Below, in pieces: positions 28,042-37,699 of a stretch of 64,000 nt of DNA. Under the pieces are notes generated by a model that saw only the letters and a list, made by a program, of their open reading frames with translations, was not told where the DNA came from and made no database searches. The position numbers and the translations under genes were made by a program. Position 1 is the first letter of the stretch, and every line of letters begins with the position of its first letter. Where the stretch lies: positions 186,001 through 250,000 of IMG/VR virus record IMGVR_UViG_3300042502_001233. One strand, given 5' to 3'.

Positions 28042-29391
28042 TTATCTTTTTTCAACTCTGTGAATTAAATCCATAATTCTTTTAGTTGAAGGGTCAACAT
28101 ACGCAGTGCTTTCGTTCAATTGTTTTGAAGTACTTGTAGTTGCCTCTTTTATAATTTTGTTTTCTACTGATTCTGAAATTGGTTTTCTTGATTCCAATTC
28201 GTTAGCAATAGTTTTGTAAAGTCTTTTTGACTCTTTAAGGTTTGTTACTTCTTCATCAAATCTTTTGATGATAGTTTGTTTCTCACCTTTTGTTGTAGAG
28301 TGTTCCATAAACAATCTAGTTACATATGTTAAATTGCTGTTGAATACTACAGTTTCTACTAATTTTGTTCTAAATTCTTTAAGAGCTACTCTGAATTCTT
28401 GATTCTCAGCTTTAAGTTTAGTTGCTTCAGTTAATAAACTGTTATATTTTTTAGCTGTTTCAGAAACTATCTGTTTTGCTTTGTTTACTGTTTCATCGAT
28501 TTTTTTACCGTCTACAGATTTTTTACCGTATCCTAAGTGAGAAGAACCGTGTCTTCTTTGACCTTGATGACCAGCATAACCATTAACGTTACCGATGTTT
28601 TCTTCCAATTCTTCCTCTTCTTCGTCCAATTCTTCCTCTTCGTTCAAATTTTCTTCTTCATCAGATTCCTCTTCAGTTTCTTCACCTTCTTCGTCTTCGT
28701 CATCACCTTCTACATCATCACCTTCTTCGTCATCTAATTCGATTTCGTAGTCCATGTCTTCACCTTCTTCGTCTTCTTCTTCACCACCCATTTCAGCTGG
28801 TTCTAAATCTAACTCTTCTTCACCACCCATTTCAGCTGGTTCTAAATCTAACTCTTCATCATCACCCATTTCTGGTTCTGAAGATGGAGCTTGACCGTCA
28901 AGTTTAACAACATATTCTCCTGGTTCTGTAATGTTTAAGTGAAGTTCATCACCTACAATTTCAATTTCGTCTTCGCCACTTAATTTTTTGTAAATTGCGA
29001 TTACTTCATCGTCTGGTGCTCCAACCATATCGATTTCATCTGATGCGTCTATATCATCCATTCCTATACCACCCATGTCGTCACCCATGTCGTCACCCAT
29101 GTCAGTATCAGGTTCTAAACCACCTTCTACATCACCCATGTCGTCGCCCATTTCGCCACCAAGGTCTTGGTTATCGATATCATCTCCACCTAATGTTTCA
29201 ACGTCGTCACCCATTTCGGTGTCAACATCTTCTTCGTCGTAAATCTCTTCTTTTAGAGATTCTTTCACAACACCATTAATTTCTTCTTTCGCAACCGAAC
29301 GAAGTATTTCTTTGGTATTGGCATTAAGAGCATTCTGAATATTGTTAATATCCAAAAGTGCTTCTTCAAGTATAGATTTTTTATCTGCCAT
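28042..29391 (-). CDS. Prohead core/scaffold protein (gp22-like position), highly acidic
   Basis: Lies between the protease and MCP genes; D/E-rich middle, coiled-coil C terminus and many L/I-x-E sites. Confidence 0.75.
   Translation of the reverse strand: MADKKSILEEALLDINNIQNALNANTKEILRSVAKEEINGVVKESLKEEIYDEEDVDTEMGDDVETLGGDDIDNQDLGGEMGDDMGDVEGGLEPDTDMGDDMGDDMGGIGMDDIDASDEIDMVGAPDDEVIAIYKKLSGEDEIEIVGDELHLNITEPGEYVVKLDGQAPSSEPEMGDDEELDLEPAEMGGEEELDLEPAEMGGEEEDEEGEDMDYEIELDDEEGDDVEGDDEDEEGEETEEESDEEENLNEEEELDEEEEELEENIGNVNGYAGHQGQRRHGSSHLGYGKKSVDGKKIDETVNKAKQIVSETAKKYNSLLTEATKLKAENQEFRVALKEFRTKLVETVVFNSNLTYVTRLFMEHSTTKGEKQTIIKRFDEEVTNLKESKRLYKTIANELESRKPISESVENKIIKEATTSTSKQLNESTAYVDPSTKRIMDLIHRVEKR
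28781..28858. repeat. Near-perfect 39-bp tandem duplication within the scaffold gene
   Basis: Encodes EELDLEPAEMGG(E) twice. Confidence 0.85.
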
Positions 29392-29511
29392 TTTATCTTT
29401 TTTTATATGTTTTTTTTTTATTAGATAAACAATAAGATGTTTTTCATTTGTTAATAAATATGTGTGGTTTTACCAAAAATCACTTTTTTGATAAAAAATT
29501 ATTATTTTTAT

Positions 29512-30237
29512 TTAGCCATTTAAAAAATTATCCAATTTATCATTCAGTGATTCAGTCATAAGTGGCTTCTTAATCTCGGTATTTTCCACATATGGTCGCG
29601 CTTCTTCATGATTTTTAAAAATCCAAGCGTCTGGTGTTGAAGGTGCTGTAACAACATCCCAACAAATAATTTCGAAGTCATCTTGTACAATTTGTTCTCC
29701 ATTTTTACCTTCTTTTAACGAACCAACTCCTCTGGAAGACACACCAATTTTTATTCTGTTTCTTAATAGATTAGCTACTTCATCACCTTTGGTAGATACA
29801 ATTCCCAAATTAATAAACCCAGGTGTCATTAGAATCTCCATCTTACCCATAAGTGTTTTACCTTCCCACCATGTTTCTACAATGTTGTGGGAAATTCTAT
29901 CACCAGCAATAATAGAAGACTCAGGGTGGTCTAATTCACCCACAGCTCTACGCTCACGTATGGCTTCTTGATATATTTGATTTTGTTTTTTTAAAATTGA
30001 TTCTGGGTAAATTCTACCGTTACGATTAAGTACATCGTATTTTTGTAGTACCACATAGACAATTAACGGTTCAACTATTGCTAGTTTGCTGCCTGTGTCT
30101 AATTTCTTTATTTCGTTTATGAATGCTTGGTTTCTTGGTTCATCAGGGTTGATGTACCCAGCGTCTTGTTCAATTAGACCACCCCAACCAGTTTCTCCAC
30201 GTTTTAATACTTTGAAGTCTTTATAATTTATATCCAT
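29512..30237 (-). CDS. gp21: Prohead maturation protease, T4 gp21-like
   Basis: NRNGRIYP, AVGELDHP, IGVSSRGVGS and WDVVTAPS. Confidence 0.95.
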   Translation of the reverse strand: MDINYKDFKVLKRGETGWGGLIEQDAGYINPDEPRNQAFINEIKKLDTGSKLAIVEPLIVYVVLQKYDVLNRNGRIYPESILKKQNQIYQEAIRERRAVGELDHPESSIIAGDRISHNIVETWWEGKTLMGKMEILMTPGFINLGIVSTKGDEVANLLRNRIKIGVSSRGVGSLKEGKNGEQIVQDDFEIICWDVVTAPSTPDAWIFKNHEEARPYVENTEIKKPLMTESLNDKLDNFLNG

Positions 30238-30275
30238 AATTTGCTAGCTTATAGATATAAATATATTACAATAAC

Positions 30276-30302
30276 AAAAAAACCCCAGTATTACTACTGG
30301 GG
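30276..30302 (-). terminator. Rho-independent terminator
   Basis: CCCCAGTA-TTAC-TACTGGGG next to an A7 run (U7 on the minus strand). Confidence 0.8.
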
Positions 30303-30307
30303 CTTAA

Positions 30308-30754
30308 TTATATTTTCTTTTTATGATATTTAAAATTTTTATCTAACTCAAAAACTTTATTAATTAACATCGATGTAACATCATTTAGCGAAGTTTTTGT
30401 TTTGTCAGATATGATTGAAATCTCTTCAGTTTGAAACAATGTTATTTCACAACTCATAAAACTACGTTTTCCGTATTTTATACCAGATTCTCTGATATCC
30501 AAATCAACAATTGTGTTGTTTTTTAAAAAATCATATTTTTCGTTTAAATTAAAATAATTAAACAAATCTTGTTTTAATTTTTTATTTATGTCTTTAATTA
30601 TTCTAGAGTAATTAACATCCTCATCTTGGGTTAATGGTTCAGCCCACGCTGAAATGTTTATATAAAACGATTTTGGGTGTTTATTATCCACACAACCATA
30701 AATTATATTGTAGTTATTATGGTCGTCATTTTTGAATTGTTTTCCTGTTTTCAT
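30308..30754 (-). CDS. Hypothetical protein
   Basis: 148-aa ORF with a host-type promoter at 30774-30804. Confidence 0.7.
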   Translation of the reverse strand: MKTGKQFKNDDHNNYNIIYGCVDNKHPKSFYINISAWAEPLTQDEDVNYSRIIKDINKKLKQDLFNYFNLNEKYDFLKNNTIVDLDIRESGIKYGKRSFMSCEITLFQTEEISIISDKTKTSLNDVTSMLINKVFELDKNFKYHKKKI

Positions 30755-30809
30755 ATTCTGGTAATTTAATATACAAATATAATTAATTTCCAGGAATTAG
30801 TCAACACAT

Positions 30810-31151
30810 TTAACGACCCATTTTACCCCAAATTGAAATACCAATTCCGACAATAATTTGGATAAACGACATAATAGCTATAGCAGCTACCCAACGATTT
30901 TTTTGACGATACAATTCATCTTTGGCCTCCTTCATTTGGCTAGGTGACCAAACGTCGTTTACTTTGGCTATCCACCCTGTGTTAGCTTCAACATTTCTTT
31001 CAATGTTTTTTACATCGTTTAACTTAAGATTCATTTCGTTAAGTTTTTTATCAATATCGGTACGCATTTTTTCTTGAGTTTCAGCCAAACGTTCTAATTC
31101 TTTTAGAACTAATTTACTATAGTCTCCCCATGTATCTTTACTTTCAGCCAT
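30810..31151 (-). CDS. Coiled-coil protein with a C-terminal transmembrane helix
   Basis: WVAAIAIMSFIQIIVGIGISIW is a hydrophobic segment. Confidence 0.65.
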   Translation of the reverse strand: MAESKDTWGDYSKLVLKELERLAETQEKMRTDIDKKLNEMNLKLNDVKNIERNVEANTGWIAKVNDVWSPSQMKEAKDELYRQKNRWVAAIAIMSFIQIIVGIGISIWGKMGR

Positions 31152-31155
31152 TTTT

Positions 31156-31389
31156 TTATAAAATTTTAATATTATTTAATATTGTCTTTATTGTTGCACA
31201 CATATTTTCGTAACATTTCATTTTTGATTTAGGGGTTTTAGAACCTTCAATCTCAACAACACCTTTTTCTACAACATTTTTTAAATGTTTAATTATTTTT
31301 TTATATTCTACTTCTGATTCTTCACGACCACATATTTGGTCCGTTAATTCTCTTAATTTTAAAATATTTTCACTTGGAACACTTTTCAT
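31156..31389 (-). CDS. Hypothetical protein
   Basis: 77-aa ORF. Confidence 0.55.
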   Translation of the reverse strand: MKSVPSENILKLRELTDQICGREESEVEYKKIIKHLKNVVEKGVVEIEGSKTPKSKMKCYENMCATIKTILNNIKIL

Positions 31390-31411
31390 GATTTTTATTT
31401 ATTAATCAATG

Positions 31412-32176
31412 TTATATTAGACTATTTTTTAATTCTAATAGTTTAGAAATATTTTTGTTAAAATTTTCATTGATTTCAAATTTGTCATTTAAAAGTTTAT
31501 CTTTAACTCGCAATAATCTATCTTTTGTTTCTAAATTAGAATCCGTTAATTTAACATTAATCATATCGATACATTCTCTTACAACACCAGTATAAACCTC
31601 TTCCTTTTTAGTGTTATCCGAATCAATTAAAACTTTTAATACTTTTTTTTCAGTCTCACTTAGAGAAGCATATTTTTCATTATACTTATCAACCATGATT
31701 GTTGATAACATACTGTTAGGTAAATCAAACGATTCGTTAACATTTTTTTCTTTTTTGTTTTTCATGTGGTTTATAATATAAGCAGTTGCTTCTACTATAG
31801 CGTCAATATTTTTAGCTGTTTTCTTTGTAAAAATAAGCTTAGTGATATTTTCATGTAACACAATATTATCATCAGTAGATTCTGTTTCAAAAATAATTGG
31901 GTCAGCCAATTTAAAATTAGCTTCCATAATATCTTTTTTAGAGAATTTTTGTAACAAAGCTATGTTTTCTTGAAGGAATAAATTAGCTTTTAATTCATTT
32001 TCTTCAATCTTGTTTTCTATGTTGTCATAAACCAAAAATTGAGTTTTTAATATCTCATTTTCTTTGATTGTTTTAACGTAATGTTTGAAAAGGTTTTTGT
32101 TTTCTTCTTTGTTAGAAACAATACCTTCAACCATTAATTCGTTAAATTTGTTTTTTATTTTACCAAAATTTTGCAT
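31412..32176 (-). CDS. Hypothetical head-module protein (between portal and protease)
   Basis: ATG at 32176 follows ATATTTAT at 32193-32200; the position matches the T4 prohead-core genes. Confidence 0.65.
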   Translation of the reverse strand: MQNFGKIKNKFNELMVEGIVSNKEENKNLFKHYVKTIKENEILKTQFLVYDNIENKIEENELKANLFLQENIALLQKFSKKDIMEANFKLADPIIFETESTDDNIVLHENITKLIFTKKTAKNIDAIVEATAYIINHMKNKKEKNVNESFDLPNSMLSTIMVDKYNEKYASLSETEKKVLKVLIDSDNTKKEEVYTGVVRECIDMINVKLTDSNLETKDRLLRVKDKLLNDKFEINENFNKNISKLLELKNSLI

Positions 32177-32221
32177 AGGTTTATTTTTATTAATAAATAT
32201 AACTAATCGATACAAAAAACG

Positions 32222-34303
32222 TTATTCATCTAACATTTTATTTATGTCTTTTATCATAGAATCGATATCGTTATTTATTTTAATTGTTTTGTCGTAAATT
32301 TTAACGTTTTCATCTACAACGTTTGCATCACTATTAACTGACTCAATTAATTTATTGACAAATCTACCTTGATATTTGGTACTTCTATCTTCTAATTTTT
32401 TAGCAAGTTGTGTTTTACGTTCTGTCAATAAGTTATCAGCTTTCTTTAGCATCTCTGTTAACTCAGCTTCAGCTTCAGTTCCAGCTTCAGCACCAGCTTC
32501 AGCACCAGCTTCAGTTCCAGTTTCACCACCAGCTTCAGTTCCAGCTTCAGCACCAGCTTCAGCTCCAGCTTCAGCGCCAGCTTCAGCACCACCAGCTTCT
32601 CCAGAGAAATCTAAGTCTTCACCGCCTAGACCACCGCCACCGAATGAACCACCTAGGCCGCCTCCACCGCCACCGCCACCAGCGGCACCACCTTCACCTT
32701 CAGCTCCACCACCGCTACCACCAGCTAGCGCTGCTTGATAATCACCATAGATTCTATCAACTGTGTCAAACATACCAGTATGTTTAATAATACTAGCAGT
32801 ATTAGCTAATTCAGCCGCAGCGGCTTTCTCCATACGTTGTTCAAGTAAATCTTGTTTGATTTCATCATCAGCCCAACCCATGATTTCTCTATGAGCTCTA
32901 GTCCATGACATAGCAGCCAATCCATTTCCAATGTCTGAGGTAGCATCTTTAAGTAAAGCAACTTTAGCAGCCAAATGTTCAACTTTAAGCATTTCAGCTT
33001 GTGTTGATGGGTTGTTAAGTGTAAGTGTAAAGTTATCCAAATCTTCTTCAAAACCTAAGATATACAAGTGTATGATAGCAATCTTGTTAAGTTCTTGAAG
33101 CATTGATTGTTGAATACGGTTAATCGTTCTAGAAAAACGAATATCTTGTAGTGCTAGGTTTTTACCATCACCAGCAGTTTCTTCAAAACCTAAGAATGGT
33201 TTTGGAACACGTAACGCAGTAAATAAGTTTCTTTGCAAATATTCAATATCAGCAATTTGGTCCAAATTAGATGCACCAGGTAAAGTCTCAATCGGATTAG
33301 GTGCGTCTTCACTTCTAACAGGGATAAAGAAATCTTGGTCGTTAGATAATTGATTGTATCTTAAATCTATTTGACCAGTTTGTGGGTCAACAATTGGCAT
33401 ACGTTTAAACCTGTCAGCGATTTCATTTACGTATTGTGCAACGTCAGCGTCGTCAATGTTACCTACATATATTTTATAAACACGTCTTTCTGGCGCCCTT
33501 GTAACACGATATACAAGCATTGAATCTTCAGATAAGATAAGTTGTTTCCAAATACGTCTAGCTTTTTCTAGTACAGATGTACCGTAAGGTAAACGTCTAT
33601 CATCACCCAACAAACGGAAGTGAGCAATTTGCCATGAGTTGAATTCGATATCACGACCTCTCCAATAAAACTTTACTCTGTCTTTATCGTTTTCATCGCT
33701 AGATGCTTGCTCTCTACCACTAACCAAATCATACAATCCAGCTTCCCTACGTTCCATTTCGTAGTTAGGCATTTGTTTGGCACCAAGAACACCTTGTTTA
33801 TCGCTGATATTTAAGTATATGAAATTATCTCCATATTTACAAGTGTTTCTAGTCCACATTGGTAAAGTTGTGTGTAAATCCAAACGGTTGAAGAATAAAT
33901 CTTCTATAATACCTTTAACACGTTTACTATCAGAATAAATGTTAAGCACTCTACCGTTGTTATTTACAGTTGTAGATTCTTCCATCATAACATCCAAAGC
34001 GGCTGCGATAGTTGGGTAAAACTCCATAGCTTCAAAATCTGAATATGAACCAACACGCGTTGTTTCATAATTGATAGATTGTTGAAACATACCATTTTCT
34101 ACTTTTTTCCAAACTTGACCTAAGTATTTGTTTTGTTGAGCTTGAAGTTTTGCTGTTTCGTATTCTTCTTTACTTGTTGTTTTTAATAACTCACCATTGC
34201 CAACATTATAACGTTGTGTTGGTTGTTTTTGAGTTGGTTGTGTGTAATTAGGGTCAAGTACTCTACCTAACCTTTGAAATATTGTTAAATTTTCTTTTGC
34301 CAT
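32222..34303 (-). CDS. gp20: Portal protein, T4 gp20-like, with a low-complexity C-terminal extension
   Basis: VYRVTRAPERRVYKIYVG, DFFIPVRS, IETLPGASNL, ALRVPK and DIRFSRTINRIQ. Confidence 0.95.
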   Translation of the reverse strand: MAKENLTIFQRLGRVLDPNYTQPTQKQPTQRYNVGNGELLKTTSKEEYETAKLQAQQNKYLGQVWKKVENGMFQQSINYETTRVGSYSDFEAMEFYPTIAAALDVMMEESTTVNNNGRVLNIYSDSKRVKGIIEDLFFNRLDLHTTLPMWTRNTCKYGDNFIYLNISDKQGVLGAKQMPNYEMERREAGLYDLVSGREQASSDENDKDRVKFYWRGRDIEFNSWQIAHFRLLGDDRRLPYGTSVLEKARRIWKQLILSEDSMLVYRVTRAPERRVYKIYVGNIDDADVAQYVNEIADRFKRMPIVDPQTGQIDLRYNQLSNDQDFFIPVRSEDAPNPIETLPGASNLDQIADIEYLQRNLFTALRVPKPFLGFEETAGDGKNLALQDIRFSRTINRIQQSMLQELNKIAIIHLYILGFEEDLDNFTLTLNNPSTQAEMLKVEHLAAKVALLKDATSDIGNGLAAMSWTRAHREIMGWADDEIKQDLLEQRMEKAAAAELANTASIIKHTGMFDTVDRIYGDYQAALAGGSGGGAEGEGGAAGGGGGGGGLGGSFGGGGLGGEDLDFSGEAGGAEAGAEAGAEAGAEAGTEAGGETGTEAGAEAGAEAGTEAEAELTEMLKKADNLLTERKTQLAKKLEDRSTKYQGRFVNKLIESVNSDANVVDENVKIYDKTIKINNDIDSMIKDINKMLDE
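32465..32730 (-). repeat. Gly-rich tract and (GAEA/GTEA)n coding repeat in the portal tail
   Basis: Repeated CCAGCTTCAGCA-type 12-mers on the + strand. Confidence 0.85.
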
Positions 34304-34353
34304 AGCATTATCTTTTTCTTTAATTATAATAAAAATTTTGTGGAATTAAATAG

Positions 34354-34593
34354 TTATTCTACATAATCACAAGCAACATAAGCAACACGTAGTTGCTCGC
34401 TGTTAGCCAAAACAATGTTATACGAATATGTCGATATCCAATCTTGACCTTGTGTGTTAGGACGAGCATCACAAAAATAATTTCGTCTATTATTTACAGC
34501 TGGTTTTCTTTCGAAATTATTTGGTGTTGGCGACCATTTATATAAATTAGGTCCCACACCTTTACGTATAAATACTTTTTTACCTAAACCCAT
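34354..34593 (-). CDS. Small hypothetical protein
   Basis: 79-aa ORF directly after terL. Confidence 0.55.
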   Translation of the reverse strand: MGLGKKVFIRKGVGPNLYKWSPTPNNFERKPAVNNRRNYFCDARPNTQGQDWISTYSYNIVLANSEQLRVAYVACDYVE

Positions 34594-34595
34594 GA

Positions 34596-37595
34596 TTATC
34601 TTCTATTATTTAAGTTTCCAAACAGCCACATATGTTCACCTCTAGGGTCTTGAACATTTCTATATGCTCTATGTTCTGGATTTATTTTTTTTGTTACCTC
34701 ACCAGTTGCTGGGTTAGTTACTTTAGTTGTTGTTTGAGTATTTGATGAACCACCCAACCAACTATTTAAAATTGCTTTATTTTGTTTTTCTAATCTTTCT
34801 AAATTTTTAAACGAATGTTCAACAACCCACAAAGCCATACCCAACGACATAAGCAAATCATCATGATACCCTTCCATGTGGTCTGGTCTACCATTTTTAT
34901 AAACAAATGTTTTCATTTCTGATGTAAGTCTGCTTGAACGAATTTTAACACCGTTGGTTCTAATTTTATATTCTAAATTAGAAATCATAGGTAGACGAAC
35001 GTTGGTTGCGTGAAATCCTGGGATTTTGTTATCTTTGTTGAAATGTGTCAACTCTCTTTGTCTAGCAGAAAGAATTTTACCGTTGGCATTATCGTAATGC
35101 AAACGTTTGTAATCAAATTCTAACAATTTCAATACTGTAGACACACCCATACCACCAGTAACATCGACTACGGTATATGCTTTGTATAAATTACCGTATT
35201 CTTCGACGATTTGAGCCAATAAATCTGGTTGTATCTTACCTTGGTATTCCATCACCTCTTCCATTGTTGTAAAATCGATTACAACGATTGTAGAAGCATC
35301 TTCACCATCACCCCTAGATACGTCACAATTATGTGTTGTAATGTGATGACACATAAATGTATGTGTCTCACATTCAAAATTGTAAACGTTACCAGTATAT
35401 TTTGATTTATCTATATTTTTAATCCTAAAATAAATAAAATCTTTATTTTCATCAAAATGACATGATTTTATTGTTCTATCATTAATTACACTAAATTGGT
35501 TAAAATTAAACTTATTAAGTTTAGGGTCTAAAGCATCATTATTTAATAATTTTAGTAAATCTAAACTATCCTGATTAGCTAGTGTTAAATTATACGTTTC
35601 TTTTTGGTAAGTTATTTTACCACAAATTATTGATTCTTTAGCGTCTCTTAATTTATTCAAACACGATATAACCCCAAGTGAAAAAATGATATCTTGAATT
35701 GATTCTAATAATTCTAAATTAACACTAACAAAAGAAATTTTAGAATTAACTTTATTTTTTTTAATAGTTTTAACCCAACACCCATCACTGTCAAAATAAC
35801 CTTTTATTAATTCTATTTTATTTTCTTTAGAAATATATTTAACCCATTCAGATATTTTTTTACCATTAGAATACTGACCAAAATTTTCAATTAAAAAACC
35901 ATATAACTCTTTTGAATTAAAAACAATTTCATATGTTGTATCTTTTTCTATTATGGTTGGTTTTCTTTCAAATAATCGCCCAACTATTTCATATAATTTA
36001 TCAACATAGTACGTTTCATTTTTATTAAAACATACTGATATAGAATAATCATAGTTATTATAATGACCAACCCAACCATCTCCTAACCACATACCAATAA
36101 ACCACCAAAAATCTTTATCATTTAAAGGGTTTTTTAACCAAAAATCTTCTCTTCCATTAAAATTATCACCCCATACGTCTTTAATTTCTATTTCTTTTTT
36201 ATATATGTTAGGAACTTTAATCCAATCATCAATTTTAATATCACTAACTTTTTTGTATTGAAAATCTAAATCCCAATATCTTTCATTAAATTTATACTTT
36301 TTATGTTTTTTATTATAGTTTCTAATTAATTTAGAATCACTAACTAAAATAGGGTGTTCTTTAGTAAACTTGGTTTTTCTAAAGGTATTATCAACAGTAA
36401 TTTCATAGATATCTTCATTAACAACAGGGTAAATTTGTTTATTGATTATTTTAACGTAATCACCATTTTCAGATATTAAGTTATCATTACTTGAAACATC
36501 TTGAATATTAATCAAACCTCTATTAGTCAAGACTTTTTCGTCTGGCGGTAAACAACCCATAATGTATTGATGACCTTCTTGTGGTTCTTCCCAAATCCAA
36601 ATTTCATTCTCAGCACCCAAAGTATATTTAGGTTCCATAACGTTATTTTTATTTTGAAAATCAATATGTTCTTCAGCAATAACGTTACCACCAGACCCAA
36701 TGAACGATACATCTAACTCTTGCGCAATCATTTTGGCATCGTTGTTCATACCCAAACACATTTCTTCATACCATGATGATGTTGGTTTCCAACCATCATT
36801 TAACATTCTCTCATATGATTCATATGTGAATTCATATTCAATTTCTACATGGTCTTCTTTTAACCACCTAAGGTCTTTGTTGTAACGCAAATCCTCATAC
36901 CATTTCATTTCAATAATATTGAAGTTGTTCTTTTTCTTTTTGGCTTGGTCATAAGTTTTGTAGTATAACGCATCCATACCTTTTGGTGTTGAAATAAGAG
37001 TAGCTTTACCCCCAGTACCTAACGCTGTAAGAGCAGCACCAAATACTTCGGCACCATTGTCAATATACGCAGCCTCATCCATTACAAGATAAGTCGGTGT
37101 AAAACCACGCAATGCATCCTTAGATGTTGCAACCGCTTTAACACGGCTACCGTTAGGAAGTCTGATTTCTTTTTTAGAGTCAGTAATAAAGATTGATTTA
37201 GCTTCAGCCTTAGCGTTACCATAGTATTCGGCACCCCATACCCATCTAGGTAATTGACCCAAAAAATCTTTAATTTTTGCTAGGAACTCAAAAGCTAACT
37301 CTTGTTTGTTCGCGATGATAAGAACCGCCTCTGGGTTGTCCTCATCGGCCCACCCAACTTTTATTGCCATATATGCTGCTGTTGTAGTAGACACACCAGC
37401 TTGTCTAGGTTTAGTAACTAAATTAAACCTGTGTTTATCGTATGCTTGTATAATTTCCTTTTGTCTAGGAAATAGTTTGAAAGGTACAAAACCTTCTTGC
37501 GTTTTGTCAAATGTTTCCAAATACGTTTCAATGGCGTAAACTGGATTCATTAGACACTTTGTATATTCTTTAAATATTTCTTGTGTTGTCAACAT
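34596..37595 (-). CDS. terL: Terminase large subunit (gp17-like) with an in-frame intein
   Basis: KPRQAGVST (Walker A), LVMDEAAY (Walker B), G|CDVSRG nuclease motif and HDDLLM. Confidence 0.95.
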   Translation of the reverse strand: MLTTQEIFKEYTKCLMNPVYAIETYLETFDKTQEGFVPFKLFPRQKEIIQAYDKHRFNLVTKPRQAGVSTTTAAYMAIKVGWADEDNPEAVLIIANKQELAFEFLAKIKDFLGQLPRWVWGAEYYGNAKAEAKSIFITDSKKEIRLPNGSRVKAVATSKDALRGFTPTYLVMDEAAYIDNGAEVFGAALTALGTGGKATLISTPKGMDALYYKTYDQAKKKKNNFNIIEMKWYEDLRYNKDLRWLKEDHVEIEYEFTYESYERMLNDGWKPTSSWYEEMCLGMNNDAKMIAQELDVSFIGSGGNVIAEEHIDFQNKNNVMEPKYTLGAENEIWIWEEPQEGHQYIMGCLPPDEKVLTNRGLINIQDVSSNDNLISENGDYVKIINKQIYPVVNEDIYEITVDNTFRKTKFTKEHPILVSDSKLIRNYNKKHKKYKFNERYWDLDFQYKKVSDIKIDDWIKVPNIYKKEIEIKDVWGDNFNGREDFWLKNPLNDKDFWWFIGMWLGDGWVGHYNNYDYSISVCFNKNETYYVDKLYEIVGRLFERKPTIIEKDTTYEIVFNSKELYGFLIENFGQYSNGKKISEWVKYISKENKIELIKGYFDSDGCWVKTIKKNKVNSKISFVSVNLELLESIQDIIFSLGVISCLNKLRDAKESIICGKITYQKETYNLTLANQDSLDLLKLLNNDALDPKLNKFNFNQFSVINDRTIKSCHFDENKDFIYFRIKNIDKSKYTGNVYNFECETHTFMCHHITTHNCDVSRGDGEDASTIVVIDFTTMEEVMEYQGKIQPDLLAQIVEEYGNLYKAYTVVDVTGGMGVSTVLKLLEFDYKRLHYDNANGKILSARQRELTHFNKDNKIPGFHATNVRLPMISNLEYKIRTNGVKIRSSRLTSEMKTFVYKNGRPDHMEGYHDDLLMSLGMALWVVEHSFKNLERLEKQNKAILNSWLGGSSNTQTTTKVTNPATGEVTKKINPEHRAYRNVQDPRGEHMWLFGNLNNRR
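35328..36554 (-). mobile_element. Intein (409 aa) with a LAGLIDADG homing endonuclease
   Basis: Starts CLPPDEKVLT and ends THN followed by Cys+1; FIGMWLGDG and IKGYFDSDG LAGLIDADG blocks. Confidence 0.93.
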
Positions 37596-37654
37596 AATAT
37601 TCTAATTTACTAATAAATATGCTGAAATCAAGGAAAATAGCTTATTATAAATAA

Positions 37655-37678
37655 TAAAGGGCCCAAACAGGCCCTTTA
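37655..37678 (-). terminator. Terminator-like hairpin
   Basis: TAAAGGGCC-CAAACA-GGCCCTTTA. Confidence 0.7.
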
Positions 37679-37699
37679 TAAATTAATATGTGTATATTT

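Noticed and set aside
28781-28858. 39-bp tandem repeat in the scaffold gene, and a similar 30-bp repeat near 42600-42660, as CRISPR-like or regulatory repeats
   Set aside because: These are two-copy in-frame duplications inside acidic disordered coding regions, with no spacers.
30810-31151. Possible holin or spanin
   Set aside because: It has one C-terminal transmembrane helix, but no endolysin nearby and no lipobox or family motif.
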